A stretch of DNA of 64,000 nucleotides from Mytilus trossulus (lineage: Eukaryota), in NCBI RefSeq assembly GCF_036588685.1, contig NC_086381.1:1612001-1676000 (forward strand), given 5' to 3'. Below are positions 1 through 11,776 of this stretch, piece by piece. Numbering within the stretch: position 1 is the first letter of the stretch; each line of letters starts with the position of its first letter. The position numbers were made by a program, and so were the translations under genes. The notes beneath the pieces were generated by a model. It was given only the letters and a program-made list of their open reading frames with translations, had not been told where the DNA came from and ran no database searches.

Positions 1-356
1 CAGCTGTATGCCCTTTATAATATGTAATTATACCCCCTTCTTATCTCCTATTCATTTCCTGAACAACTCTCAGCTGTTTGCCCTTTAGAATATGTGATTA
101 TCTCCCCATCTTACCTCCCATACATGTCCTGAACAACTCTCAGCTGTATGCCCTTTAAACATGTAATATGTTATTATCTCCCCTTCTTGCCTACTATTTA
201 TTTCCTTAACAACTCTCAGCTGTTTGCCCTTTATTATATGTAATGTTCTCCACTTCTCCCCTTCCATCCATTTCCTGAACAACTCTCAGCTGAATGCCAT
301 TTATACTATGTGATTATCTCCCCTTCTTACCTCCCATCCATGTCCTGAACTGCTCT
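1..356. repeat. ~70-bp tandem repeat (about 5 copies, continues off the window) overlapping an exon end and 5' splice site of the SR gene
   Basis: Units begin CAGCTG at 1, 71, 141, 217, 287; the last unit contains the real donor (329-330) and the end of exon 331-714. Confidence 0.85.
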
Positions 357-1609
357 TTCTGCATCTTCCCTGTACTTGTAAACAATAAAAGCAAAACAAG
401 GTGGATTTCTGGCGACCCAAACTTCAAGTATAGGTCCAAATTTTTCAAATGCTCTGTCTAACTCTGATTTGGATGGATCCATTCCTAGATCAGCCACATG
501 TATTCTGTATCCCTCCTCCGGGGAGTAACTTCTGCTGTGACTTCTACTACGGCTCTGTTGTCTCCCCCTGTTCCGTCCCCTGCTGAAACTTCTGCTCCTA
601 CTTCTTGATCTGGATCGTGGCATTTTTGCAACTTCTTTTTTTGGACTCTTCTCTGCTTCTTTAGTCCTCTTTTTATCTTTACTTTCTCTACGTGTTTTAT
701 CCTTAGTTGAAGATCTGCAATGCAAAATATTTATATAAATACCAATTCATATGTAGTTGCTAAAAAAAGTCATTTTAAAAGTATTGATAAATCTAAACAG
801 AACAAAATTTGATAAGAGCAGTCATCTCAGTACTTAAATCTGTGAATAACGAGATAATTTCAAAGCTATAAAGTTCCCTTTTATAAGCAGCAATGTACCA
901 ACCTCACACATATATGGAGTATATATTTCTGAACTCGTACGGTATCAAGAACTTGCAGCTGCAACTCAGGGTCTGACTTTGAAAAATTGTCATTGGAGCA
1001 AAATATTAACAAGCCAAATTTTCATCAAATTATGTTTCATCCTTGTAAGAACCAAAACCTAATAAGTAAATATGCAGTGTCTACTTCACAAATAATACAA
1101 GGTAGCCTATGATTTACAAAATTGGAAATCCACTGTTCTCCAGACATATTAAACACAGAACACATATGAACAAGCAAACTGCACTTTTTGTTATGTAAAT
1201 TTTACAAAACAGAGTATACCTTTCAAGAGTAGTTTCAAGGGGAGGTAAGCAATATTCTATTTTATTTTTGTGGTCCAATTTTTCTTTCATATAAAATTGG
1301 AAAAATATATGCAACTTCATTGACATTTCATGATCAATAGTCAATATTTATAAAATTTCATTTGTCCAATAAATTGCATTCATGTTTAAAAACCGTTTCT
1401 TTATACATTTTGTACAAGTTTGGCAAGACCTAGTATAATATGATACCATATGGCAAAATAGCTATATCCGAAAATAACAATTTCAAAAATTTGTTTACCA
1501 TGTAAAAGGGAAGAACTTATATTTATATAATATCCCCTTTTCCCCCCTTTCATAAAATAATAATACTAAAATGAAATTATAATAAAGACTACGATTACCT
1601 GGAAGACAT
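331..1609 (-). CDS. SRSF3/SRSF7/RBP1-like SR splicing factor with Lys/Arg-rich N-terminus and RS tract before the RRM (5' part; 3' exons lie left of the window)
   Basis: Coding exons 1609-1599 (ATG TCT TCC AG|gtaatc) and 714-331 (ttgcag|A TCT TCA ... GAT GGG AG|gtaag) join in phase: MSSRSSTKDK...RSRSRSRS...YRIHVADLG...VWVARNPPCFAFIVY...MDGR, an SRSF3/7-type RRM. Confidence 0.85.
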
Positions 1610-4600
1610 GTTTGGAATTACTTCCTTGAACTGTAGAAGTTGTCTTTATAAAATTTAAATTCCTTTGTGTATTGTATATATACTGACAAACACATTAATC
1701 ACCCAGAAGAACAAGTTACCTGACGTTCAATCATTGTAACATGTCCGTACTAACATGGTGAAAACTATCATGCATGATGCTAACTTGTAAGCTTTCAATG
1801 CAACAAAATGTTAAAAGTATTTTGATTCAGTTTTTATTCAAATTTTACATGTCATAAAAGTACAAGGTAAATAAAGTAAAAGTTGCCCTCGACTTAAATT
1901 TTGATAAAGTTTTAGCTTTTTAAAAAGCTGACAATAACTAATTTGACTTTCATGTTCTTAGGGTTATAAGAGCGCAATTATTTGTTTACATTTTACCAGT
2001 AAGTTTAAGATGGTATTCAGAATAGAATCCTATACAGCTTCTGATTGGTTGATACAGGATTGGAATTACATTTAATCGAAAGCTTATCCAATTAGGATTA
2101 AAAATTGCTGAAAATCATATCCACATCTTACACAGTATAGAAAATATCTTCAATTTCTGCACGTCTGAGCCATTAAAAATATGCATTTTTCATTAAGCGA
2201 AAAAAGTAGACGGTCTTTTTCAAATGCATTTTAAGTCAAGTTGAGCCGCATGTCAGATCACCCTACATGTACATTTTTGGGGGATTGTAATGCAACCTCT
2301 TGTAACCTATAAGTACATTCTATTAAACATTATTTTTTTTATAATCAAGTTATAAACTAGATACAGACAATGCCCCCTCTGCTCTGTCACATGCATGAAT
2401 ACATTGTACATTGTAGTTACACATGCTTGAGATTTGACAAACAGTGAAGCTGAAGTATAACTTGAAATTGTTGTGTTGCCTGCAAGACACAACTAATGCC
2501 CTCACTTGACCATGTTGACCATAAGAAATTATAAATTAAACACAATGACTTGGTATGACCATCTATCTTTTATTTTTATTCTGTATGTCTCATTTGCAGG
2601 ACTGCAAAAAGGTTTCAACTTTCCAGTTTAAGAAGTCACCAAGTTTAACCTCCCCTATACAAATTAATCTCATTTTCATCTCTATATTTCAATCTGTCTT
2701 ATCGCAGCAACTTGAATGAAAATGCCTTCTAAACCATTGTAAACTGAGTCATACGCACTAACTTGCAAATGAATCCTACATGTAAGTGCAAAATCTTAAA
2801 TTAAGTATTAATGCTGTCTAGTATCTATTGACACAATTATTACTTCAGATACACACTTGGACTTAAAACCTTAATGAGGTTACTCAAGGAAGTGCTTTGT
2901 TTGAGTTTATACAATATTATTGTACATATAAATGTCTTTTCACTATTTTCTTACTCAATGTGCCATATCATGATCAGTGCTTCTGCAGAACTAGTCCTGG
3001 TCACATAAGCTTAATCCTACCGTCCTAAAAATTATCCTCCAACCATATCATTTTCTCTTATTGGTGCAAGTTAATACACAATGTATATATCATCAGGGCT
3101 ATCTCATATGATTGATGACATAATCAATAACATGTCCGCTACAACTTGAACAAATTGGGAATTTTCAGTATTCATTTGGGAAAAAAATAGGGTTTTTCTA
3201 ATTTGGACTGGGGCCTATTAAAATAAAGACAGGAAAATCACTGTTCCCAATTGTGAACATTCTGTTTCTTGGTCTTGGTACTGGTAGCAACATTCAAGCA
3301 TCACCTGTATACAGAGTATATGGCTCCCAATTGATACAATATTCCCATGCTTGTATTTCCTGGTTCCCAATTGATACAATATTCCCATACTTGTATTTCC
3401 TATCATTATTTCCTTGATAGAGGGTTGCTGCTCACAAGGAAACTCAGGGGTTTATCTGGGTATTTTGGGAAAAAGCATACATGTGATTCTTCCGACTCCC
3501 GCTTTTAAGACCCTCTTCCTTCCCTCCCGTTAAAATTTGAAATCTTCCGCTTTTTGAAAATGTCAACCTCGAAAAATTTTCAGTAGAAATTTTTGTTTAC
3601 AAAATTGATACTGACTAAGAAAAAGTCCGAGAAACTCGAAGTTGATATCGGAAAAGTCAGAGAAAAACGCAAGTTTCCTTTAACTGTTTTGATGTCAAAA
3701 GGTAAATAGCCTCGAGTTATCTATGAAGGTGTTAAGGATTAGACTGTATATACAGCAATAAAAGAGTATTGCAATTACCTGGTGATCAACTAGCAAGCTT
3801 AAGACACATGCCTGGATGATTAAAAGTGAATTACTGACAATGGATTAATTAAAGTTGTATAAACAACGACTTTTTTGTGATGCTGTTAAAAACATTGAAC
3901 AGTTACATGTATATTACTTAACCTCAAGACAATGTCTTAATGATCTCAAATATGATATGTATGCCTACTACACCTGTTGCAAAGCTGACTGTGGTGACTC
4001 TAATGACTTTACCAAACATATGGAGACAGCAAACCCACCAGAAAGCTCACAACTCTATCAATTCAACACAACTGTGCAGTTAGTGGTACCAAATTTGACA
4101 ATGAAGCTAAAGCAGAGATACTTTTTACCAACTATATATGATGGCTGATCACTTTATCTTGAACTTTATTTATAATAAATAAATATTTAAAAAACCCTTA
4201 TCTTCTATTTCTATCAAGTAAAAATGGCTATGTAGTTATAGAATCATTAACTAAAAAGGAAAATATGCAGTTTAAACACCAAAAAACCATTGCGTACGTC
4301 GATAAAAATGTTGATAAAAAATCTCCAGTTATGAGGCACAAACTCCAGCTGAAAATTTCCAAATCTCCAGTTGTGACTTGACAACTCTGTCACATGTCTG
4401 AAAAAGGACCCTGGCCAGTTTTGGGAATTTTTTAACGAGGTTTTCAATGAAATTGGGAAAAACAACCAATATACCAGATGTTAGTTTTAGTGTGTTTAGT
4501 TCATAAGATTATTTTTTTGTTGGTGAAAATAAAGGACTACACCTTCTTTTTTTTTCTTTTTTTTTTTAAATATAACAACATTGCATTAAAGTTTATTTGA

Positions 4601-5220
4601 GTATCAAAATAATGAGTTCTTACTTCTTAAAGGATTGTTACATTTTTTTTATTTTGACATGGAAATTTGTACTAAAATATTTTGAGTTCTGTATAAAATA
4701 TATCCTGTTTCTATTTTCTTTTTTTATATATCTTTTAGTTTTATATTTTAGTGTTGCTATGATAGCTGTCACATGTTTGGTTCTTTTCATTTTTTATTTA
4801 CTGTATTTGATTGACAAACCCGGAATTATATACTTGTCCGTTTCCGGATTTGACCTGGTTTTAGTATATTCCCACACTTCCTGTGTATGGCAGCCATTGT
4901 TTGTCAATGTTGTTTTCATTCAATATGTTTCAACTTGGATTTACACATTACTTGTTGGCGATTTTTGACAGAAAGCTAGCGGTTGAATAAAATAAACATC
5001 TCTGTCATGATTAATAAAGATGAAAATGAATTTTGTGATCATTTGGGAATTTTGCTCCCAAAATTGGGAAAAATGTAGGGTTTTTGCCGTTGGGAATGGG
5101 TCCGAAAACCGGACCCTGTGGAATGCTAGAAAAATCCATGAAACTATAAAAACCAAGAGTTCCAAATGGTAAAGTTGAAATCATCCCTCAGGGCTTTCCA
5201 AAGTAGCCATGGTGATGAAT

Positions 5221-5385
5221 GGTTTTACACTAGTAATTTTGGGGCCCTTCATAGCTTGTTGTTCGGTGTGAGCCAAGGCTCCGTGTTGAAGGCCGTACTT
5301 TTACCTATAATGGTTTAATTTTTAAATTGTTATTTGGATGGAGAGTTGTCTCATTGGCACTCACACCACATCTTCCTATATCTAT
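5221..5385 (+). mobile_element. Short interspersed retro-tail, variant B (related to the PLE 3' end)
   Basis: Ends GAGAGTTGTCTCATTGGCACTCACACCACATCTTCCTATATCTAT; further copies near 28280-28470(-), 37450-37520, 42090-42155, 51189-51290(-), 62450-62585. Confidence 0.7.
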
Positions 5386-5440
5386 GTACAGTGGCTTCAA
5401 GTGCCGGCTATTTTGCTGACAAACATATAAATTTAAAAAG

Positions 5441-7296
5441 AACAAGAATGTGTCCAAAGTACACAGATGCCCCACTCGAACTATCCCTTACCATGTTCCA
5501 TGGACTGTGAAATTGGGTAATAATCTAATTTGGCATTAAAATTAGAAAGATTATACTATAGGGAACATATGTACTAAGTTTCAAGTTGATTGGACTTAAA
5601 AGTTCATCAAAAACTACCTTGACCAAAAACTTTAACCTGAAACTCCCACTTTCATTTTCTATGTTCAGTAGACCGTGAAATAGGGGGTCAAAAGTCTAAT
5701 TTGGCTATAAAATTAGAAGGATCATATCATAAGCAACTAGATATCATTGAGATGGGAGCCATCTCTGTGGGCCCCCGCTGTCAATAAAGTGTGGTAAATA
5801 AGTTGTATGGATAATCTGATATGAAGCATTATTTGAAGTTATTACATAGTCTCATGTGCGATTTTATTCTAAGATTTTAAGTTAAAACTGATAAATATTC
5901 TCAACTTACTTTCATAGTATAATAGTGATATGACTGCATGATGTGAACTCATTGTTGACTACGCTAAGGTGACTTCTGGATATATGGATTGATGTTTGAA
6001 CAATATGTTTAAAGGTGCTGCCCAATTGATATTTGTCACATATTTTTAGAATTATGCCTTCAATATATTAACACCCACCAAGTATAAAGTATGAAATAAT
6101 AACGGTTCTCGAGAGGTAGAGCGGACACAATTTGTTAAGAACAACGAATGGATGGACAGACCGACGGACTGACCTTTGACCTAGGATGCATACATTATGA
6201 CACATTCTCTGGTGTTGGTTAATATATATGTTAAGTTGAAAATGTTTGTCAGGTATAAAGTATGAAATAATAACAGCTGTCCTCTCAAAATATAGTGTGG
6301 ATCAAATTTGTTAGCGATGGACAGACCAACAGACCGACAGACCTTTGACCTATGAAGTGGTACATACATCATGACACACCCTCTGGTGTTGGTTAAAATG
6401 GATGTCAAGTATAATATTTGAAATCATAAAGGTTCTCAAGATATAGAGCAGACACAATCTTCACAACAGAACACAGGGTTGTCAACTGAAACCAAAGTTT
6501 TTTTGACGTTGACCTTTGACCTAGGAAGTTATACATACATCACGACACGCCCTCTGGTGGTGGTTAAAATAGATGACAAGTATAAACTTAGAAATCATAA
6601 CGGTTATCTAGATATGGAGCGGACACGATCTTCATCACAGGACACGGGGTTGTCAACTGAAACCAAAGTTTTTGACCTTGACCTTTGACCTAGGAAGTTC
6701 TACATACATCATGACACACCCTTGGGTGTTGGTTAATAATCATGTTAAGTATTAAGTATAAAATCATAACGGTTATCTAGATATGGAGCGGACACGATCT
6801 TCATCACAGGACACGGGGTTGTCAACTGAAACCAAAGTTTTTGACCTTGACCTTTGACCTAGGAAGTTGTACATACATCATGACACACCCTCTGGTGTTG
6901 GTTAAAATGGATGTCAAGTATAAACTTTGAAATCATAACGGTTCTCAAGATATGGAGCGGACAAGAAAGTGTTACGGACGGACGGACAGACGGACGGACA
7001 GACGGACGGACAGACGGACGGACAGACGGACAGACGGACAGACGGACGGACGGACGGACAGACTGATCACTATAGGGCGACCCGCCTTAGTCGGCGGGGC
7101 CCTAATAAGTATACTAAGTTTCAAGTTGATTGGACTTCAGCTTCATCAAAAACTACCTTGACCAAAAACTTTAACCTGAACATACGCACAGACGAACGAA
7201 CGAACAGACGGACAGACGAACGAACGGACGGACAAACGAACAGAGCCACAGACCAGAAAACATAATGCCCCTCTACTATCATAGGTGGGGCATAAA
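5441..7296. mobile_element. Non-autonomous Helentron/DINE-like element (HINE) A, interrupted by nested HINE B
   Basis: Starts AACAAG; internal repeat unit resumes at ~7107 after the insertion; (GACG/GACA/GAAC)n microsatellite; terminal hairpin ATGCCCC...GGGGCAT followed by an A-run. Confidence 0.7.
5735..7106. mobile_element. HINE B nested in HINE A
   Basis: ~170-bp internal tandem units (TTGTCAACTGAAACCAAAG at ~6479, 6650, 6819), (GACG/GACA)n microsatellite 6975-7063, terminal hairpin TAGGGC..CCCGCC-TTAGTC-GGCGGG..GCCCTA. Confidence 0.75.
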
Positions 7297-7373
7297 AATG
7301 TATCTTTTTCAAATGTTTACAGGCAATCAAGAGACGTGTTGTCGCAAAGTCCTGGTTTTATAAAACAAGGATG

Positions 7374-9335
7374 AACCAGATGCTCCGCAGGGCGTAGCTT
7401 TATACGACCGCAGAGGTTGAACCCTGAACGGTTGGGGCAAGTATGGACACAACATTCAAGCTGGATTTTGCTCTAAATTTGGATTGTGATTAAATAGTTG
7501 ACACAGCATAGGTTTCTGACACAGAATGAATGTATTCAAATGAACTTAAAATTTTTGTTTTCTCTTAGAGCAATTCACTATGCTGTTGAATATTAATCCT
7601 CTCAAAAAAATGTTTGAAGAAATTTTCTTTTTATTTATGAAATTTCAAATGAGAAAAATTGAACCCAATTTTTTAATCACATCCCCCTTTCCCTTATTCC
7701 AAAACTAATTTCAATTAAAATATTCTAATGGAGTTTGCAACAATTTCTACTCATTTAAATACATCATAAAATATTAAGATGTAAAAAAACTGCTTGTTAT
7801 CACCGAATGGTAAAGATTATTTAAATTTATCAGTTGGTAGTAAAAAGTGAATATACATTGTATATTGTATATAACAAAGATTTAAGTTGATTCTGGACAA
7901 AGAAAGATAACTCCAATTAAAAAAAATTCTTGCAGATATTTCTTGCTTACTATACTGGACAAAGAAAGATAACTCTTAATTAAAACAAAATTTGCTATTT
8001 CACAATATTGTGAAATTAGATATTTCTTGCCATTGCACAATACTGTGCAATTGAAAAGACTTGCTATTGCACAATACTTAATATAATAATTTTAGATCCT
8101 GATTTGGACCAACTTGAAAACTTGGCCCATAATCAAAAATCTAAGTACATGTTTAGATTCAGCATATCAAAGAGGCCCAAGAATTTAATTTTTGTTAAAA
8201 TCAAACTTAGTTTAATTTTGGACCCTTTGCACTTTAATTTAGACCAATTTTAAAACTGGACCAAAAATTAAGAATCAACATACACAGTTAGATTTGGCAT
8301 ATCAAAGAACCCCAGTTATTCAATTTTTGATGAAATCAAACAATGTTTAATTTTGGACCTCGATTTGGGCCAACTTGAAAACTGGGCCAATAAAATCAAA
8401 AATCTAAGTACATTTTTAGATTCAGCATATCAAAGAACCCCAAGGTTTCAATTTTTGTTAAAATCAAACTAAGTTTAATTTTGGACCCTTTGGACCTTAA
8501 TGTAGACCAATTTGAAAACGGGACCAAAAATTAAGAATCTACATACACAGTTAGATTTGGCATATTAAAGAACCCCAATTATTCAATTTTGATGAAATCA
8601 AACAAAGTTTAATTTTGGACCCTTTGGGCCCCTTTTTCCTTAACTTTTGGGACCAAAACTCCCAAAATCAATACCAATCTTCCTTTTATAGTCATAAACC
8701 TTGTGTTTGAATTTCATAGATTTCTATTTACTTATACTAACGCTATGGTGCGAAAACCAAGAAAAATGCTTATTTGGGTCCCTTTTTGGCCCCTAATTCC
8801 TAAACTGTTGGGACCGAAACTCCCAAAATCAATACCAACCTTCCTTTTGTGGTCATAAACATTGTGTTTAAATTTCATTGATTTCTATTTACTTTAACTA
8901 AAGTTATTGTGCGAAAACCAAGAATAATGCTTTTTTGGGCCCTTTTTTGGCCCCTAATTCCTAAACTGTTGAAACCAAAACTCCCAAAATCAATCCTAAC
9001 CTTTCTTTTGTGGTCATAAACCTTGTGTGAAAATTTCATAGATTTCTATTAACTTAAACTAAAGTTATAGTGCGAAAACCAAGAAAATGCTTATTTGGGC
9101 CCTTTTTGGCCCCTAATTCCTAAAATGTTGGGACCAAAACTCCCAAAATCAATACCAGCCTTCCTTTTATGGTCATAAACCTTGTTTTAAAATTTCATAG
9201 ATTTCTATTCACTTTTACTAAAGTTAGAGTGCGAAAACTAAAAGTATTCGGACGACGACGACGACGACGACGACGACGCCAACGTGATAGCAATATACGA
9301 CGAAAATTTTTTCAAAATTTGCGGTCGTCGTATAA
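7374..9335. mobile_element. HINE C (Helentron-associated non-autonomous element with internal satellite)
   Basis: Subterminal inverted motif TTATACGACCGCA (~7400) / TGCGGTCG..TATAA (~9320), ~160-bp tandem units 8600-9240, (GAC)n 9251-9278, terminal palindrome. Confidence 0.75.
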
Positions 9336-10644
9336 AAATCAGTGTTTACCGTGGGCTACATGTAAATATATATAGTTCACGTGAATTCAGGTCACTGATT
9401 GGTTGTCTATTTTAAATCTGGATAAAAAAGACGTTGTGATGGTCATTAACTCTTCGGTTTTGGCTTTTAAGAAAGTGACGACAATCAGATAAGATGACAA
9501 TTATAAGTTACGGAATAATATCAGTCAAAAAAAAAAGAAAGTGTAGTATATCATGTAGTTTATAATCTGGAAAACATAACCTATTGAAGTTCATTTTCAA
9601 AGCCCACATGCATATGGTGTTCAGATAATTCCAGAGAATCAAGGTAGACCAAATATTTTGACGTCACAGAAGGCTATTTTAAATTTTTGCTTCGACACTT
9701 CCTGTCGATGTATTAAGGCTTGAAAGAAAAAATATATTAGCCTTAATGCCCTTTCAAGACGTCATTATCAATACACCTATACCCTATTTGTCCGCCATTA
9801 CTGGAAATCACACAGGTTCACGTAAAATTTGGACGTCATAAAACAAATTCTGACGCCACAATGGAAAAGTGATTGTTGTTTGCGTCAAAAATTCAAGCAG
9901 CCAGGTCAGCAGGGATTAGCGAACGAGGTGTATTGGAAGAGTCCCTCTGGTATCTTTTGACCCTCTTTTCACATGTTTAATTTGACAGTCTATCAAGGGG
10001 TTAACTTTTAACCAAAAATAATAAAACACAATAACAAAATGGAGATGCATCATAATACACACGTAAAAAACATGGTTTATTATGTTGATCATCAGCCTTG
10101 CATAATTTGAGGATTGAGCCTTTGGGAATAAAATATTCATACTTGCCACTAGTCCAAATAATTATGACGTCGATGTAAGGCGTCAAAGAAAAAAAATATA
10201 ATAGCCTTTCAAGACGTCATAATTATTTGGATTAACTTGCCACAAACCCAAACAACCACTGTATGATCTCAGAATATGATAATACTGGACTCATAATGAA
10301 CAGCATAAGGCCATGCATATAAAAACTTACTGGTGGTTCTATCTTCTTGGGTGCAAATCAGTCGATAGCGATTAATTTTTAATTTTTAAAATGTCCAATG
10401 CTTTCGCCACACGCACTTTTCCTTATCTTTGACACGCTTGAATTATACGATAATAGTCCTATCTCTATAAACGTTTTAACGATGATATTATCTTCAAAAT
10501 AAGTTGTTGTATAAAATTTACAAATTTTTAATCTAGAATCAATGAAATAAATAGATTTTAAGAAAAAAAATACTTTGTATGAAATAAAATGTTTTTTGTA
10601 TGTTTTAACTGAAATAAAATGTTGCATTATGGGATAGTGTTGCA

Positions 10645-10740
10645 CCGCCAGACGCCATTTTGGTACAAGATTTGACCAGTGTTCGTCGTGTGTGAACTAA
10701 TACCACATTGAAGTGTCCATAAAATAGCTGTAATGTTTTT
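10645..10740 (+). promoter_or_regulatory. Candidate promoter / non-coding first exon of the SRSF7-like gene
   Basis: YY1-type CGCCATTTT at ~10652 in a locally GC-richer patch; the ATG exon (11777) begins directly at an acceptor AG, so an upstream UTR exon must exist. Confidence 0.4.
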
Positions 10741-11776
10741 GTAATTTGAAAAATTCATTTCAAAGCAATTGACTGTATACTTTTACACTGTTACTTGTCT
10801 GAAAATCTCGTAATAACAAAGCTATACATTTTCTATCAAAAGTAAAAAATATATCTTTCGAGACGCTACGGCCGTAATATGAGGCAGGTGAAAGGGGACG
10901 ATGTCTATTTTTTTGTAATTCAAAAAGATTTTTACTTCAAATTCTGTTCAAAAAGAAAGTAAAATACCGTTACTGATTTCTGATCCCGTTCCTGTTTTTA
11001 GCAAATTTATAGTATTTCTGTATTCTGCAAATTTATGCTATTTTATTTTGTTCTGGGACCCCTTCCTCCGTAGTCCAAATAATTATGACGCCTTGGACGG
11101 CTATTTTATAAATAAAAAAATTTGGACGCCCTCCTGCTTGAATGAGGGAACTTAAAAAAATCCAAATATATAAAAATACCCTCAGAAGACGGCATGATTA
11201 TCTGGACTACTTCCTACGATCATGACGATGTCATAACACTGAGCCATTTTTTATGTCAGGACTTTTATAGCAAATTTTGGGGGGAACTTGGTGACCTAAT
11301 TTTGACAAAATTTACATTGCCGGCTAGAAATTCTTATGCAGTTACAAAGCCCTACCTTTTTTGTGCTTATTTGTGCAAAATATTTCCAGAAATATCCAAA
11401 TGAAACAATGAAATAAGATACAATTCCATTTGAGGTGGAGGAATATTGATTTTGCTATCAACATTATGTCACATCCAAAGAGTATAGAATATTTAACTCG
11501 GTATATTTTGACAGACTTGAATTTCAGGATAATGAATATTGAAAGTTCCAGAAATTCAGGTCCATTAAATTTTACAGAATTTTATATTCACCAGAAGTGA
11601 TGTTTCTTGTGAGTTAAATTTTATTTTAGAGATATTGGAGTTTTTCACATGTCACGCCATATCTCGAAAACAATTTAAGATTATTGCTTTAACCTACACA
11701 CTTATTAGTTGTATTAATCTTTTTAATTTAGTTAGTTTTGATGCATAATTTATTATTTTGATTAATCTATTTACAG

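Noticed and set aside
4815-4900. ETS/YY1-like motifs as promoter of the left SR gene
   Set aside because: No supporting exon could be tied to it, and the region lies within what looks like a decayed DNA transposon (~3093-5140)
6952-9375. RTDRRTD / TDGQ and poly-Arg ORFs
   Set aside because: HINE microsatellites
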